Shown here: positions 14,720 to 25,509 of the stretch, piece by piece
Layout: each line of letters opens with the position of its first letter
How positions within the stretch are numbered: position 1 is the stretch's first letter
Assembly (NCBI GenBank): GCA_963766715.1
Contig: CAVYBH010000012.1
Span: forward strand, 608,001 to 672,000
Origin: an uncultured delta proteobacterium
Lineage (GTDB): Bacteria; Myxococcota; Myxococcia; Myxococcales; Anaeromyxobacteraceae
Length of the DNA stretch: 64,000 nucleotides
Direction: 5' to 3'
Program-made: the position numbers and the translations under genes
The notes under the pieces: generated by a model
What the model was told of the DNA's origin: nothing
Databases searched by the model: none
What the model saw: only the letters and a program-made list of their open reading frames with translations

Positions 14720-15850
14720 GCGACTCGCCCGCGGGTCGTCGTCGTCGCACCCGACTCCTTCAAGGGGAGCCTCTCCGCACCGGAGGCCGCCGCGGCCATG
14801 GAGCGAGGCGTCCGGACCGCCTGGCCCGATGCACGGATCGTGAAGGTGCCGATCGCCGACGGCGGCGAGGGCACCGTCGAGGCGCTGGTGGAGGCCACCG
14901 GCGGGCGCTACGAGACGAGGGAGGTCCGCGGCCCGCTCGGGCGCCCCGTGGACGCCCGATGGGGCGTCCTGGGCGACGGGCGAACCGCCGTCGTGGAGAT
15001 GGCCGCCGCCTCCGGGCTCACGCTCGTGCCGGAGGGGCGGAGGGATCCCCGCGTGGCCTCCACGTTCGGGACGGGGCAGCTCCTGCGAGCGGCGCTCGAC
15101 GAGGGCTTCCGCCACGTCGTGGTCGGGATCGGGGGCAGCGCCACCAACGACGGCGGATCCGGCATGGCGAAGGCCCTGGGCGTCCGCTTCCTCGACGGAC
15201 GTGGCCAGCCCCTTCCCGAGGGCGGCGCCCCGCTCGTCCGCATCGCGTCCATCGACCTCTCCGGAGTCGACCCGCGCCTCGCCGAGGCCGAATTCCTCGT
15301 CGCCTGCGACGTGGACAACCCGCTCACCGGTCCCCGCGGAGCCTCGGCGGTCTACGGTCCGCAGAAGGGCGCGACCCCGGCCGTGGTCGAGGAGCTGGAC
15401 GCCGCCCTCGAGCGCTACGCGGAGGTGTCCCGCCAGGCGACGGGTCGCGACGTGGCCCGCCTCCCGGGCGCGGGCGCGGCGGGAGGCCTCGGGGCGGGCT
15501 TGCTCTTCTTCACCCCGGCCCGCCTGGTCCCGGGCGTCGACCTGGTCCTCGACTCCACCCGCTTCGACGATCTCGTCCGCGGCGCGGCGCTCGTCCTGAC
15601 CGGCGAGGGTCGATCCGATGCCCAGACCGCCATGGGGAAGGCGCCCGTCGGCGTGGCGCGGGTGGCGCAGCGGCACGGGGTCCCGGTCTTGCTCGTGTCG
15701 GGCAGCCTGGGGCCGGGCGCCGAGGATCTGGTGCGCCACGGCATCTCCCGGGTCGAGTCCGCGTCACCGGCCGGGATGCCCGTGGAGGAGGCGATGCGGC
15801 GCGCGGCCGAGCTCCTCGAAGCCGCCGTCATCCGCTGCCTCCGCGGGTGA
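14716..15850 (+). CDS. Glycerate kinase (GlxK/GarK family), apparent frameshift just after the start
   Basis: VVVAPDSFKGSLSA, ADGGEGT, GGSATNDGG, YGPQKGA and GAAGGLG. Confidence 0.93.
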
Positions 15851-15990
15851 CCCAAAAGCCCGCCTTCCAGGGGCGCAACCAGGCGTTTTTACATGCGGAA
15901 CCCACCCGGGAAAGAGTTTGATTCCCGTGTCGACCGGGCTTAGCATCGCTCCGTCCCCTCCCCAGACCCACACACACTCGAGGTGCGTCA

Positions 15991-17523
15991 ATGGCGTCGC
16001 GCAAGGACAGCTCCAGGAAGAGCATCTTCGACGAGTCGATGGAGGCGTTCTATCGCGCCTCCGAGCTGATTCACCTCGACCCGCGCGTCCGGCTCGAGCT
16101 CGAGGAGCCGGACTTCGAGCACATCTTCTACATCACCATCGAGACCCGGGACCGCCTGGTGCCGGTGGCCAAGGAGGAGGAGGCGCACTTCAAGGATCTG
16201 CCCGCCTCCTCGATGAAGGCCGGCGAGGCCCTGGAGCCGCTGGCCAACGGCCAGCTCGTCCTCCACCGCCGCGCCCTGCTGAAGGCCGACATCACCTTGC
16301 GTGAAGGCGTCCTGCGCATCCCGAAGCGCGGCCTCTTCCGCATCGAGAAGGGCGGCCCGAAGAAGTTCAAGGCCTACCGCATCCAGTACAACCAGGTGCG
16401 CGGCCCCTACAAGGGAGGCGTCCGGTTCCACAAGGACGTCTCGCTCGACCTCTTCAAGGCGCTGGCCGCCGACATGACCTGGAAGACCGCCATCGCCGAC
16501 ATCCCCTTCGGCGGGGCCAAGGGCGGCGTGCGCATCGATCCCGCGGCCTACTCGAAGGAGGAGATGGAGCACGTCTCGCTCCGCTTCATCTACAAGCTGA
16601 AGAACGTGATCGGCCCCTACGTCGACATCCCGGCGCCGGACGTCAACACCAACCCCGAGATCATGGCGATCATGATGCGCCAGTTCACGGACGGCGAGCG
16701 GATGCCCCACGCCATGCGCGGGGTGGTCACCGGCAAGGACGTGCGCATCGGAGGCTCGGAGGGACGCGCCAAGGCCACCGGCCAGGGCACGGTCTACTGC
16801 CTGGAGGAGTGGGCGCGCTGGCGCGGCGAGAGCCTGGCGGGGAAGCGGGTGCTCGTCCAGGGCTTCGGCAACGTGGGCACCGCGTCGGCCGAGATCCTCC
16901 ACGCCATGGGTGCGAAGATCGTCGGCGTCCAGGACGCGTACGGGACGATCATGAACGAGAAGGGGCTCGACGTCCCGGCCCTGCTGGCCCACGCCGCCGC
17001 GCCCGACAACCTCCGCCGCTCGGTGGAGGGCTTCACCGGCGGCACCAAGATCGCCCGCGAGGACTTCTGGAAGCTGGAGGCCGAGATCGCCATCCCGGCC
17101 GCCCTGGGCGGATCGATCACCGGCGACGTCGCCGAGGGGCTGAACAAGGTCCAGGTGGTCGCCGAGGCCGCCAACGGTCCCACCACGCCCGACGGCGACA
17201 AGGTGCTGGGCGAGCGGAAGATCGACCTCATCCCGGACATCATCTGCAACGCCGGCGGCGTCACCGTCTCCTACTACGAGTGGCTCCAGAACCTGCGCAT
17301 GGAGCACTGGACCGAGGCCGAGGTGAACAACCGGCTGGAGCGGGCGATCAAGGCCAACTTCGGCATCATCCACGACATCGCGGTCGACAGCCCGCAGAAG
17401 ACCCCGCTCTACGACTCCCGCCGCTTCGTGGTGGGCAAGAAGATCGACATGCGCACGGCCGCCATGGCGCTGGCCTTGCGGCGCATCGAGAACCACTACC
17501 TGCTCGAGGGCTTCTCGCAGTAG
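15991..17523 (+). CDS. gdhA: Glu/Leu/Phe/Val dehydrogenase (glutamate dehydrogenase) with an N-terminal insertion
   Basis: RGPYKGGVRFH, PFGGAKGG, DIPAPDVNT, QGFGNVG, EAANGP and NAGGVTVSYYEW. Confidence 0.9.
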   Translation: MASRKDSSRKSIFDESMEAFYRASELIHLDPRVRLELEEPDFEHIFYITIETRDRLVPVAKEEEAHFKDLPASSMKAGEALEPLANGQLVLHRRALLKADITLREGVLRIPKRGLFRIEKGGPKKFKAYRIQYNQVRGPYKGGVRFHKDVSLDLFKALAADMTWKTAIADIPFGGAKGGVRIDPAAYSKEEMEHVSLRFIYKLKNVIGPYVDIPAPDVNTNPEIMAIMMRQFTDGERMPHAMRGVVTGKDVRIGGSEGRAKATGQGTVYCLEEWARWRGESLAGKRVLVQGFGNVGTASAEILHAMGAKIVGVQDAYGTIMNEKGLDVPALLAHAAAPDNLRRSVEGFTGGTKIAREDFWKLEAEIAIPAALGGSITGDVAEGLNKVQVVAEAANGPTTPDGDKVLGERKIDLIPDIICNAGGVTVSYYEWLQNLRMEHWTEAEVNNRLERAIKANFGIIHDIAVDSPQKTPLYDSRRFVVGKKIDMRTAAMALALRRIENHYLLEGFSQ

Positions 17524-17545
17524 CCGGGCTCGCCCGGCCGCCAGG

Positions 17546-19172
17546 TCACGCGTCGTCGCCGCAGACCGTCGGGAGGAACTCGTCCCGCCGGTCTGCGAGC
17601 CAGCGAGCCTCCCGCGGGACCGCCTTCCACCACACCCAGGCCCCGGCGACGCCCAGGCCGCCCCAGCCGGCGAGCAGGAGCGCCGTCGACTCGGCGCGGA
17701 TGGCCAGCAGGGCCGGCAGCGCGAAGATCCCGCTCACCGCCGACACGATCGCCACGCCCGCCAGCCCGGAGGCCGTGGAGACCGCCGAGCCTCGCTGGAT
17801 GGCGAAGGAGGCCGCCCGGGGCCGCAAGATGGAGACCAGGTTCCCGGCCGCGAGCATCCAGGGCGCCGTCCCCGCGTGGAGCAGGAGCGCCGCCGCCAGC
17901 GCCCAGGCGGGCACCGCGCCCTTGCCGATGGCGGCCATCAGCGCCGCCGAGAGGAGGAAGAGCAGCAGGCTCGCCGCATACAGGACGAGCCCCTTGGCGC
18001 GCAGCACCCCCGCCAGGTCGACCGGCGCGAGGAAGTAGGCTCGAGCCCCTCCCCGCTCCCAGCCGAAGGCGTTCAGCCAGAAGGCCTGCAGCAGCATGTG
18101 GGTGTAGAGGGCCACGCCGAAGAGCGGAAGGGCCCGGATCACCTCGCCCGCGTCCGCCGGGATTCGCGGCTCCACCCGCCAGGCGACGAAGCCCGCGATG
18201 GCGGGCGCGAGCAGGAAGGCGACCCGCGCGAGCGGCTGCCGGAAGAGGTAACGCCCCTCCTTCTCGACGAGCGCCCCCCACCGGCCTTCGAGCAGCCCAC
18301 GGTCGGGGGCCGCCGCTGCGGCGCCGCGCGCGCCCCCCGTGGCGTTTCCGCCCTGCGCCTGGCGCAGCGCGATCCGGAAGGACGCCCACCCGGTCGCCGC
18401 GCTCGCGGCGAGCAGGCCCGCAAGCCAGGGCAGGCTCGCCGCGCCCCGTCCGGCGAACAGCTCGCGCGCCGCGGCCGCCGAGAAGGCCGCCGGCCAGGCC
18501 ATCCACTGGAGCACCCGCAGGGACGGCAGGAGGTCCCCGGTGGCCCGGAAGGGATGCTCTGCCGTCCGCGCCAGCGCGATCAGGATCCCGACCGACACGC
18601 CCACCGAGAGCACCGTGGCCCACTCCCGGATCCGGCGGGTCGAGAGGACGAAGGTCATCACCTCCTGGATGAGCGCGACGAAGAGGACCGTCGCGACGGC
18701 GAAGGCGACCAGGGTCACGGCCGAGGAGGCCCAGCCAGGCGCCCGGCCGGGCCAGCGCAGACCCGACGAACACGCCCGTCAGGATGGCGCCCCAGACGAG
18801 CCCCATCGGGTCGCCGACCACGCCGGTCGCGAGCCCCATCCCGTACACGCGTCCCGGGGCGATCGGGTAGGCCAGGAAGCGACCCAGGTCGAGCCCCTCC
18901 CGGTCGTTCAGCGTGAGGCTCACGACCGTCCAGGTCTGCCACAGGCCGAAGAAGATGGCGGCGGCCCCGACGTCGCTGCGGAGCCCGCCTCCCGCCTTCA
19001 CGGACTGGAAGGCCCCGAAGCCGACCGCGACCGCGAAGCCCAGCCCCACCGGGATCGCGATCGCGAGCAGGACCACGCTGGCCACGCCCTCCGCGATCCC
19101 GCCCCGGCTGGTGAACCGGCGCCAGAGGAGCCGCGCGCGCAGCTCCACCAGGGCCCGGAGCTGGGCCCTCAC
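17546..19172 (-). CDS. ABC-2-type permease-like membrane protein (apparent frameshift near 18720)
   Basis: Many hydrophobic segments, NAFGWE motif; overlaps the ABC ATPase by 4 nt. Confidence 0.75.
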
Positions 19173-19945
19173 CCGCCCTCCCCGCGCGCCCCGAGCCAGG
19201 AGAGCCCCGGACCGGGCGGACGATCCTCTCCGACCATGCGGATGAAGGTGTCCTCGAGGGAGCCCGTCGCGCGAACCTCGTCGAGGGTCCCCTGCGCCAC
19301 GAGCTGGCCCCGGTGGATGATGCCCACGTGGGTGACGAGCCGCTCGACGACCTCGAGCACGTGGCTGGTGAGGAAGATGGTGAGCGAGCGGCGCACCACC
19401 AGGTCCTGGAGCATGCGCCGGATGCCCGAGACCGCCACGGCGTCGATGCCCTCGAACGGCTCGTCCAGGAAGAGGAGCTCCGGACCGTGGATGAGCGCGC
19501 AGGCCAGCGCCAGCTTCTTCTTCATCCCGTGGCTGTAGTCCTGCACCAGCTTTCCGCCCTCGGGGGCCAGCTCCATCGCCTCGAGGAGCTCGGCGGCCCT
19601 TCGACCGGCGGTGATCCGGTCGAGTCCGTAGAGCTGCCCCTGGATGCGGAGCATCTCGCTCCCGGAGAGGCGCTCGAAGAGCGCCAGGCCGTCCGGGACC
19701 ACCCCGATGCGCCCCTTCACGGACAGACCGTCCCGGGAGAGGTCGGCCCCCAGGACGCGGGCCTCCCCGCCGGTGGGACGCAGGAGCCCGGTGAGCATCT
19801 TCATCGTGGTGCTCTTCCCGGCCCCGTTCGGTCCGAGGAAGCCATAGAAGGCGCCCGACGGAACGCGGAGGTCGAGGGACGAGACCGCCGGCTTGCCGTC
19901 GAAGAGGCGGGTCAGGCCCCGGGTCTCGACCGCCAGGGAATCCAC
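19169..19945 (-). CDS. ABC transporter ATP-binding protein
   Basis: GPNGAGKST, YSHGMKKK, LFLDEP and H-loop TSH. Confidence 0.95.
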   Translation of the reverse strand: MDSLAVETRGLTRLFDGKPAVSSLDLRVPSGAFYGFLGPNGAGKSTTMKMLTGLLRPTGGEARVLGADLSRDGLSVKGRIGVVPDGLALFERLSGSEMLRIQGQLYGLDRITAGRRAAELLEAMELAPEGGKLVQDYSHGMKKKLALACALIHGPELLFLDEPFEGIDAVAVSGIRRMLQDLVVRRSLTIFLTSHVLEVVERLVTHVGIIHRGQLVAQGTLDEVRATGSLEDTFIRMVGEDRPPGPGLSWLGARGEGG

Positions 19946-20027
19946 CTGGCTCAGCCCCGCGCCTTCTCGGCGTGACGGGCGAGGTGCTTCTCGACGAACG
20001 GTTCGGGCATCCCGTTCGGATAGTACG

Positions 20028-20405
20028 CTAGTGGAGCGACCGCACGGACTCGCCTCGCGCCTCGAAGTAGAGGAAGCGCACGCCCATGCCGTGGACCGAG
20101 GCGTGGACGTCCTGCCCGGCGCGCCGGCCCACCAGGTGGCACACGTAGCGCACCTCGGCCACCGCGGTCATGTCGCCCGACTCGGAGGGAAAGGCCACGT
20201 GCACCTGCGAGCCGATGGGGTGCGGGGTCGCGGTCTCCACGAACATGCCGCCCTCGGAGATGTTGCGGGCGATGCCCATCCCGCAGCCGTGCTCCCCCTC
20301 CAGCCAGACCGGGAAGACCTTGTCCAGGCGCGAACCGCCGCGGCGGTCGGCCGCGGGGGCCTCTGCCCTTCCCTCCACCTCGGACAGTCGTCGAAACCAG
20401 GTCAT
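20028..20405 (-). CDS. PilZ-domain protein
   Basis: RRGGSR (RxxxR), NISEGG (NxSxxG) and GMGVRF. Confidence 0.85.
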   Translation of the reverse strand: MTWFRRLSEVEGRAEAPAADRRGGSRLDKVFPVWLEGEHGCGMGIARNISEGGMFVETATPHPIGSQVHVAFPSESGDMTAVAEVRYVCHLVGRRAGQDVHASVHGMGVRFLYFEARGESVRSLH

Positions 20406-20489
20406 GGACGAGAAGGCCTCCGCCGCAAACGCTACGGCGGAGGCCTCATGTCGTCAAACTTCCGACCTTTACCTACATCCCCTGGAGGG

Positions 20490-22068
20490 CTACTTCTTCG
20501 CGGGGGGCTCCGGCTCCGGGATCTTCACCGGGATGAAGGATGCATTCGCCCCGCGCTTCACCCGGAGGAGGACGACGTCTCCCGGCTTGGCCTTCGCGGC
20601 GGCGGCGGCGACCTGGTCCGGCTTCGTCACGGCCTCCTGGTTCACCTCGAGGATGACGTCGCCGCGCTGGATGCCGGCCCGCGCCGCTGCGCCGTCCGGC
20701 GACACGTCCGCCACGAGGACGCCCGATTCCGCCTCGACCTTGAGCTGGCGCGCCAGTTCCGGCGAGAGGGCCTGAAGCCTCAAGCCCAGCTTGGCGCCCT
20801 TCGTCTCGGTGCCGGCGTCGCGCCTCCCCGCCGCCCTCCTCGGGGCCCTCGCCGCGGGCCAGGGCGTCCTCGTCCGGGCGCGTCCCCACGGTGACGACGA
20901 CCTCCTGCTTCTTGCCCTTCCGGAGCAAGGACAGCGTGGCCTTCCCGCCCGGCGCGATGGCGGCGACCGCGCGGGTGAGCTGGCCGCGGTCCTCGACGGC
21001 CTTGCCGTTCACGGCGACCACCACGTCGCCGGCCTTGACCCCCGCCTTGGCGGCCGGGGCCTTCGCGATGACGTCCTGCACGACCGCGCCCTTCACGCCC
21101 TCGCCCAGGCCGAAGCCGCGGGCCAGCTCGGGCGTCAGGTCACCCACGGTGACACCGAGGTAGCCGCGCGCGATCTTGTTCCCCTTCTCGAGCTGCGGCA
21201 GGAGCTGCTTGGCGAGGCTGATGGGAACGGCGAACCCGATGCCCTGTCCGATCTGCGGCGACACGATGGCCGTGTTGATGCCCACCACCTCGCCCTTCAT
21301 GTTGAAGAGGGGGCCGCCCGAGTTGCCCGGGTTGATGGCGGCATCGGTCTGGATGAAGTCGTCGAACGGGCCGTTCTGCAGGGTCCGCGCCTTGGCGGAG
21401 ACCATTCCGAAGCTGGCCGACCCGGAGAGCCCGAACGGGTTCCCGAGGGCGAGGACGAAGTCGCCCTGCTCCAGCGCGTCGGAGTCGCCGAGCGCCACGG
21501 TCGGAAGGTCGTGCGGCGCCTTCTCGAGCTGGATGAGCGCGACGTCCGTGGGCGGATCCTTCCCGACCACCCGGGCCCCGAACTCGCGTCCGTCGGACAG
21601 CTTGACCCGGATCTCGGTGGCGTCGCCGACCACGTGGTTGTTGGTCAGGATGAAGCCGTCCTTGTTGATGATGAAGCCCGACCCGAGGCTGTTCGACCGG
21701 AAGTCCGGCATCTCCCGGGGCTGGCCGTAGAAGCGCTCGAAGAACTCGTCCATCGGGCCGCCCTGGCCGCCGGGCCCGCCGGGGGTGCCCTGGGGCGCGC
21801 GGGGGTACCCCGGCACCCGCGGATGGTTCTTGGTCACGGTGGTGGTCGAGATGTTCACCACGGCCGGCTTGAGCGTCTTGATCAAGGGGGCGAGCGACGT
21901 CACCGGCCCCATGGCCGGGGTCGGGGTCGCGACGGGAAGCTCGCGCCAGAGCTGCTGGGCCGCGCCCTTGGCGCCCGCGCCGGCATCGGCGCGCCCTTCG
22001 CGGCTGCAGGCCAGGGTGATGGCGACGGCGGTGGCGGCGACCAGGGACAGCGTCAGCAATCGTCTCAT
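20490..22068 (-). CDS. HtrA/DegP-DegQ serine protease with two PDZ domains (apparent frameshift near 20820)
   Basis: LTNNHVV, DVALI and TDAAINPGNSGGPL catalytic motifs; second PDZ in ORF 20490-20783. Confidence 0.93.
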
Positions 22069-22156
22069 GTCTCTTTTCGCTCCATCGAAGGGGTGAAAGC
22101 GTCGATTGAACCCGGGCCAGGGAGGTTCCTATTCCCCGGCCCGCGGCGGGAGGGCG

Positions 22157-22723
22157 TCAGGCCCGGGAAAGGCGCCCCACCCGGACCCGGGCGGGGCGGA
22201 GGACGCGGTCCCCGATGCGCCAGCCGGGCCTGAACTCCTCGAGGACGGCGCCGTCCTGGGCGGGATCGTCGACCGCCGCGACGTCGATGGCCTCCGCGGT
22301 GCGCGGGTCGTACGGGGCCCCGACCACCTCGATGCGGGTCACGCCCATCTCGGTGATCCGCTTCTCCATCGAGGCCAGGGACAGCGCGACGCCTTCCCTC
22401 AGGTCGCGCAGCGACGCGGGCTCGCCCTTCACGGCCGTTCCGGAAGCGCGGTAGGCGCGCTCGAGGTCGTCGTGGGATTCGAGCATCACCTGCGCGAGGC
22501 GGGTCTTCTCCGCATCGACCAGCCGCTCCCGCTCGCGCTCCACGCGCTGCCGGAACGCCTTGTTGTCGTCGAGCAGGGCCGCGTACGCGCGGGCCAGCTC
22601 GTCGATCCGCGCCGCCTGCGTCTTCACCGTCGTCTCCAGCGGGCCGAACCCGGCCGCAGGCGTGGATCCGTCTCCCGAAGGTGCGGCGTCGGGGCCGGAG
22701 CCCGGGTTTCTGCGTTCGTTCAC
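22157..22723 (-). CDS. grpE: Nucleotide exchange factor GrpE
   Basis: Coiled coil, DDLERA, YDPRTAEA and GDRVLRPARVRV. Confidence 0.88.
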   Translation of the reverse strand: MNERRNPGSGPDAAPSGDGSTPAAGFGPLETTVKTQAARIDELARAYAALLDDNKAFRQRVERERERLVDAEKTRLAQVMLESHDDLERAYRASGTAVKGEPASLRDLREGVALSLASMEKRITEMGVTRIEVVGAPYDPRTAEAIDVAAVDDPAQDGAVLEEFRPGWRIGDRVLRPARVRVGRLSRA

Positions 22724-22741
22724 GAAATCCTCCCGCGACGC

Positions 22742-22769
22742 AACGTAAGGTCGCGTACGTCCATGTCAA
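22742..22769 (-). promoter_or_regulatory. Sigma70-like promoter upstream of grpE
   Basis: TTGACA-N16-TACGTT on the minus strand. Confidence 0.5.
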
Positions 22770-22803
22770 TTCGAATTAGGGTGCAGCGGTCGAAGCCCGG
22801 ACG

Positions 22804-23193
22804 CTAGAGGCCCAGGAGCTTCGCGACGGTCTTCTCGTCGGCGGCCGGGAACTCGTACTGGTCGAGCTCCTCCGGCCGGACCCACCGATGGTCGTGAACC
22901 CGAGCGTTCTGGACGGCGCCCGCGCGGATCTCGCAGCGGTAGACGCAGAAATCGATGTCGTAGCTCGCGTACGAGTGCTCCACGTGGATCACCCGTTCTC
23001 CGACCCGGACGGAGATGTCCATCTCCTCCTCGAGCTCCCGGGCCAGCGCGACCTCGTCGGTCTCCCCGGGCTCGACCCGCCCCCCCGGGAACTCCCAGAG
23101 CAACGGCAGGGAAGCGGTGGGCGATCGCTGCGTGATGAGGTAGCGGCCGTCCTTCTCGATCATCGCGCCCACCACCCGGATCTTGCGCCGCAT
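22804..23193 (-). CDS. MutT/NudG-type NUDIX pyrophosphohydrolase
   Basis: WEFPGGRVEPGETDEVALARELEEE and FPAAD. Confidence 0.9.
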   Translation of the reverse strand: MRRKIRVVGAMIEKDGRYLITQRSPTASLPLLWEFPGGRVEPGETDEVALARELEEEMDISVRVGERVIHVEHSYASYDIDFCVYRCEIRAGAVQNARVHDHRWVRPEELDQYEFPAADEKTVAKLLGL

Positions 23194-23254
23194 GACCCCT
23201 CCGCCTCCCGTCTCGTCTCGTTGCGCCGGCGTCGCATTGTAGAATCGCCGGACC

Positions 23255-24649
23255 ATGGCGTCCATCCGCTTCCTCGGTTCCGCCGGAACGGTCACCGGTT
23301 CGCGTTTCCTCGTGGAGGCGGCCGGGCGCTCCGTGCTCGTCGACGCCGGCCTGTTCCAGGGCAGGAAGGAGTACCGGCTCCGCAACTGGGCTCCCTTCCC
23401 GGTGGAGCCCTCCTCCCTCGACGCGGTCGTCCTGACCCACGCCCACATCGACCACTCGGGCGCGTTGCCGCTGCTCGTCCGATCGGGCTTCCGGGGAGAG
23501 GCGTGGTGCACGCCGGCCACCGCCGACCTCGCCCGGATCATGCTCCCGGACTCCGCGAAGCTCCAGGAGGAGGAGGCCCGCTACGCCAACGAGAAAGGGT
23601 ACTCGAAGCACGCACCGCGCGCGCAGCCCCTCTACGACCTGAACGACGCCGCGACCGCCATCGAGCGGCTCCGGACCCTTCGCTACGGGAAGCCCCGGGA
23701 GATCGTCCCCGGGTTCACCCTCTCCTTCGGCCGCGCCGGCCACATCCTGGGGAGCGCCTCGGCCTTGCTCACCGTGCCGGGCAAGGACGGAGCCCCGCTC
23801 CGGCTGCTCTTCTCCGGCGACCTGGGACGCTACGGGGCGCCGGTCCTCCCCGATCCCGAGCCCCCCCCGGAGGCAGACTTCCTGGTCGTCGAATCGACCT
23901 ACGGGGACCGCGACCACCCGGCCGTCTCGGCCGCGGCCGAGCTGGAGCGGGAGATCCTCGCCTCCGTGGCGCGCGGGGGCGCCACGATCGTGCCCGCCTT
24001 CGCCATCGGCCGGACCCAGGAGGTCCTCTTCCTCCTCCGGCAGCTCGAGGAGAAGGGGCGGATACCCGAGCTGCCCGTCTACGTCGACTCGCCGATGGCG
24101 ACGGCCGCCACGCCGGTCTACCGCAACCACCGGGAGGACCACGACGCCGAGATGGACGCCCTCCTCGCGCGCGGCGTCGACCCGTTCGCCACCCGGCGGC
24201 TCACCTTCACCCGCACGACCGACCAGTCCAAGGCCATCAACCGGATTCACGGACCGTGCATCATCATCTCGGCCTCCGGGATGGCCACCGGCGGGCGGGT
24301 GCTCCACCACCTGGAGCGGCGGCTGCCGGAGGCGAGCACCACCGTCCTGCTGGTGGGATACCAGGCGGCCGGCACCCGCGGCTGGAGCCTGCAGAGCGGG
24401 GCCCCCACCGTGCGCATGCACGGCAAGGACGTGCCCGTCCGCGCCCGGGTCGTCTCACTGCCGGGCTTCTCCGCCCATGGCGACCGGGCCGAGGTGGCTC
24501 GCTGGCTCGACGGCATCACGCGCCCGCCGCGCCGGACGTTCTGCGTCCACGGTGAGGCGCAAGCGCTCGCCGCCCAGGCCGCCCGCATCGAGGCGCGCGG
24601 CTGGGAGGTCCACGTCCCCGGCCACCTCGAGAGCGTGGAGCTCGGGTGA
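23255..24649 (+). CDS. MBL-fold beta-CASP metallohydrolase (RNase-like)
   Basis: LTHAHIDHSG, AGHILGS, FSGDLG, ESTYG, ASGM and FSAHGD. Confidence 0.92.
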   Translation: MASIRFLGSAGTVTGSRFLVEAAGRSVLVDAGLFQGRKEYRLRNWAPFPVEPSSLDAVVLTHAHIDHSGALPLLVRSGFRGEAWCTPATADLARIMLPDSAKLQEEEARYANEKGYSKHAPRAQPLYDLNDAATAIERLRTLRYGKPREIVPGFTLSFGRAGHILGSASALLTVPGKDGAPLRLLFSGDLGRYGAPVLPDPEPPPEADFLVVESTYGDRDHPAVSAAAELEREILASVARGGATIVPAFAIGRTQEVLFLLRQLEEKGRIPELPVYVDSPMATAATPVYRNHREDHDAEMDALLARGVDPFATRRLTFTRTTDQSKAINRIHGPCIIISASGMATGGRVLHHLERRLPEASTTVLLVGYQAAGTRGWSLQSGAPTVRMHGKDVPVRARVVSLPGFSAHGDRAEVARWLDGITRPPRRTFCVHGEAQALAAQAARIEARGWEVHVPGHLESVELG

Positions 24650-25509
24650 GACCGCTCTCCCGGGGCGGTCATCCCGTCCTGCTCGACGGCGCCATGGGGA
24701 CGTCGCTCCTCGCACGCGGGCTCGCCGAGGGAGCGCTCCCCGAGCGCTGGGTCTGCGAGCGCCCGTGGGAGGTGGCGCGCGTCCACGCCGACCACGTGTG
24801 CGCCGGCGCCCGGGTGCTCCTCACCTGCACGTTCAACCTGGCGCGGGCCGCCCCCGCGGATTTGCCCGCCAGCGGCGCCGAGGTGGCCCGCCGGGCCGTC
24901 TGGCTGGCTCGCCAGGCGCGTCCCTGGGCGGTGGCCGGTTGCGTGGGGACCACCGCCGCGTCGCGCCCCGGGGAAGGCGGCCCGCCCGACGCGGAACTGC
25001 GCGAGCGCTACGAGGAGGCCTTCCGCTGGCTCGCGTCGGCCGGGGTCGACCTGCTCTGGACCGAGACCCACCTGTCCCTCCGGGAGGCCCGTGCATCGGT
25101 CTCGGCGGCCAGGCGAACCGGGCTCCCCGTGGTCGCGACCGCGTTCCTCTCGTCGGGTCCCGGTGGGCTCACCGCGATGGACGGCACGCCAGGGACCGAG
25201 CTCCTGGAAGCGCTCTGGAGGGACGGCGCGGCCGCCGTCGGGGTGAACTGCGTGGAGCCCGACGACGCGCTCGCCGCGTTCGTGGCCCTGGCGGCGTCGC
25301 GGATCCCGGTTCCCCTCGTCGTGAAGCCAAACGCCGGGCTCCCCGGGGCGCCGGTGTCGCCGGATCGGTTCGCCTCCGGAGTGGCGCGTGCGGTCCGCGC
25401 CGGAGCCACCCTGGCCGGAGGGTGCTGCGGGGCCGGCCCCGCTCACCTGCGCGCGCTCCGCCACGCCCTCCCGCCGGAGGCGCCTTCCCCGCCTCAGGCC
25501 CTCGGGTAG
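24646..25509 (+). CDS. Homocysteine S-methyltransferase family protein (stand-alone domain)
   Basis: LLDGAMGT, GVNC, KPNAG and GGCCG zinc ligands. Confidence 0.85.
   Translation: MRPLSRGGHPVLLDGAMGTSLLARGLAEGALPERWVCERPWEVARVHADHVCAGARVLLTCTFNLARAAPADLPASGAEVARRAVWLARQARPWAVAGCVGTTAASRPGEGGPPDAELRERYEEAFRWLASAGVDLLWTETHLSLREARASVSAARRTGLPVVATAFLSSGPGGLTAMDGTPGTELLEALWRDGAAAVGVNCVEPDDALAAFVALAASRIPVPLVVKPNAGLPGAPVSPDRFASGVARAVRAGATLAGGCCGAGPAHLRALRHALPPEAPSPPQALG

Noticed and set aside
12408..15850. Integrative element at tRNA-Thr
   Set aside because: No integrase, no duplicated tRNA 3' end seen, and host-like codon style.
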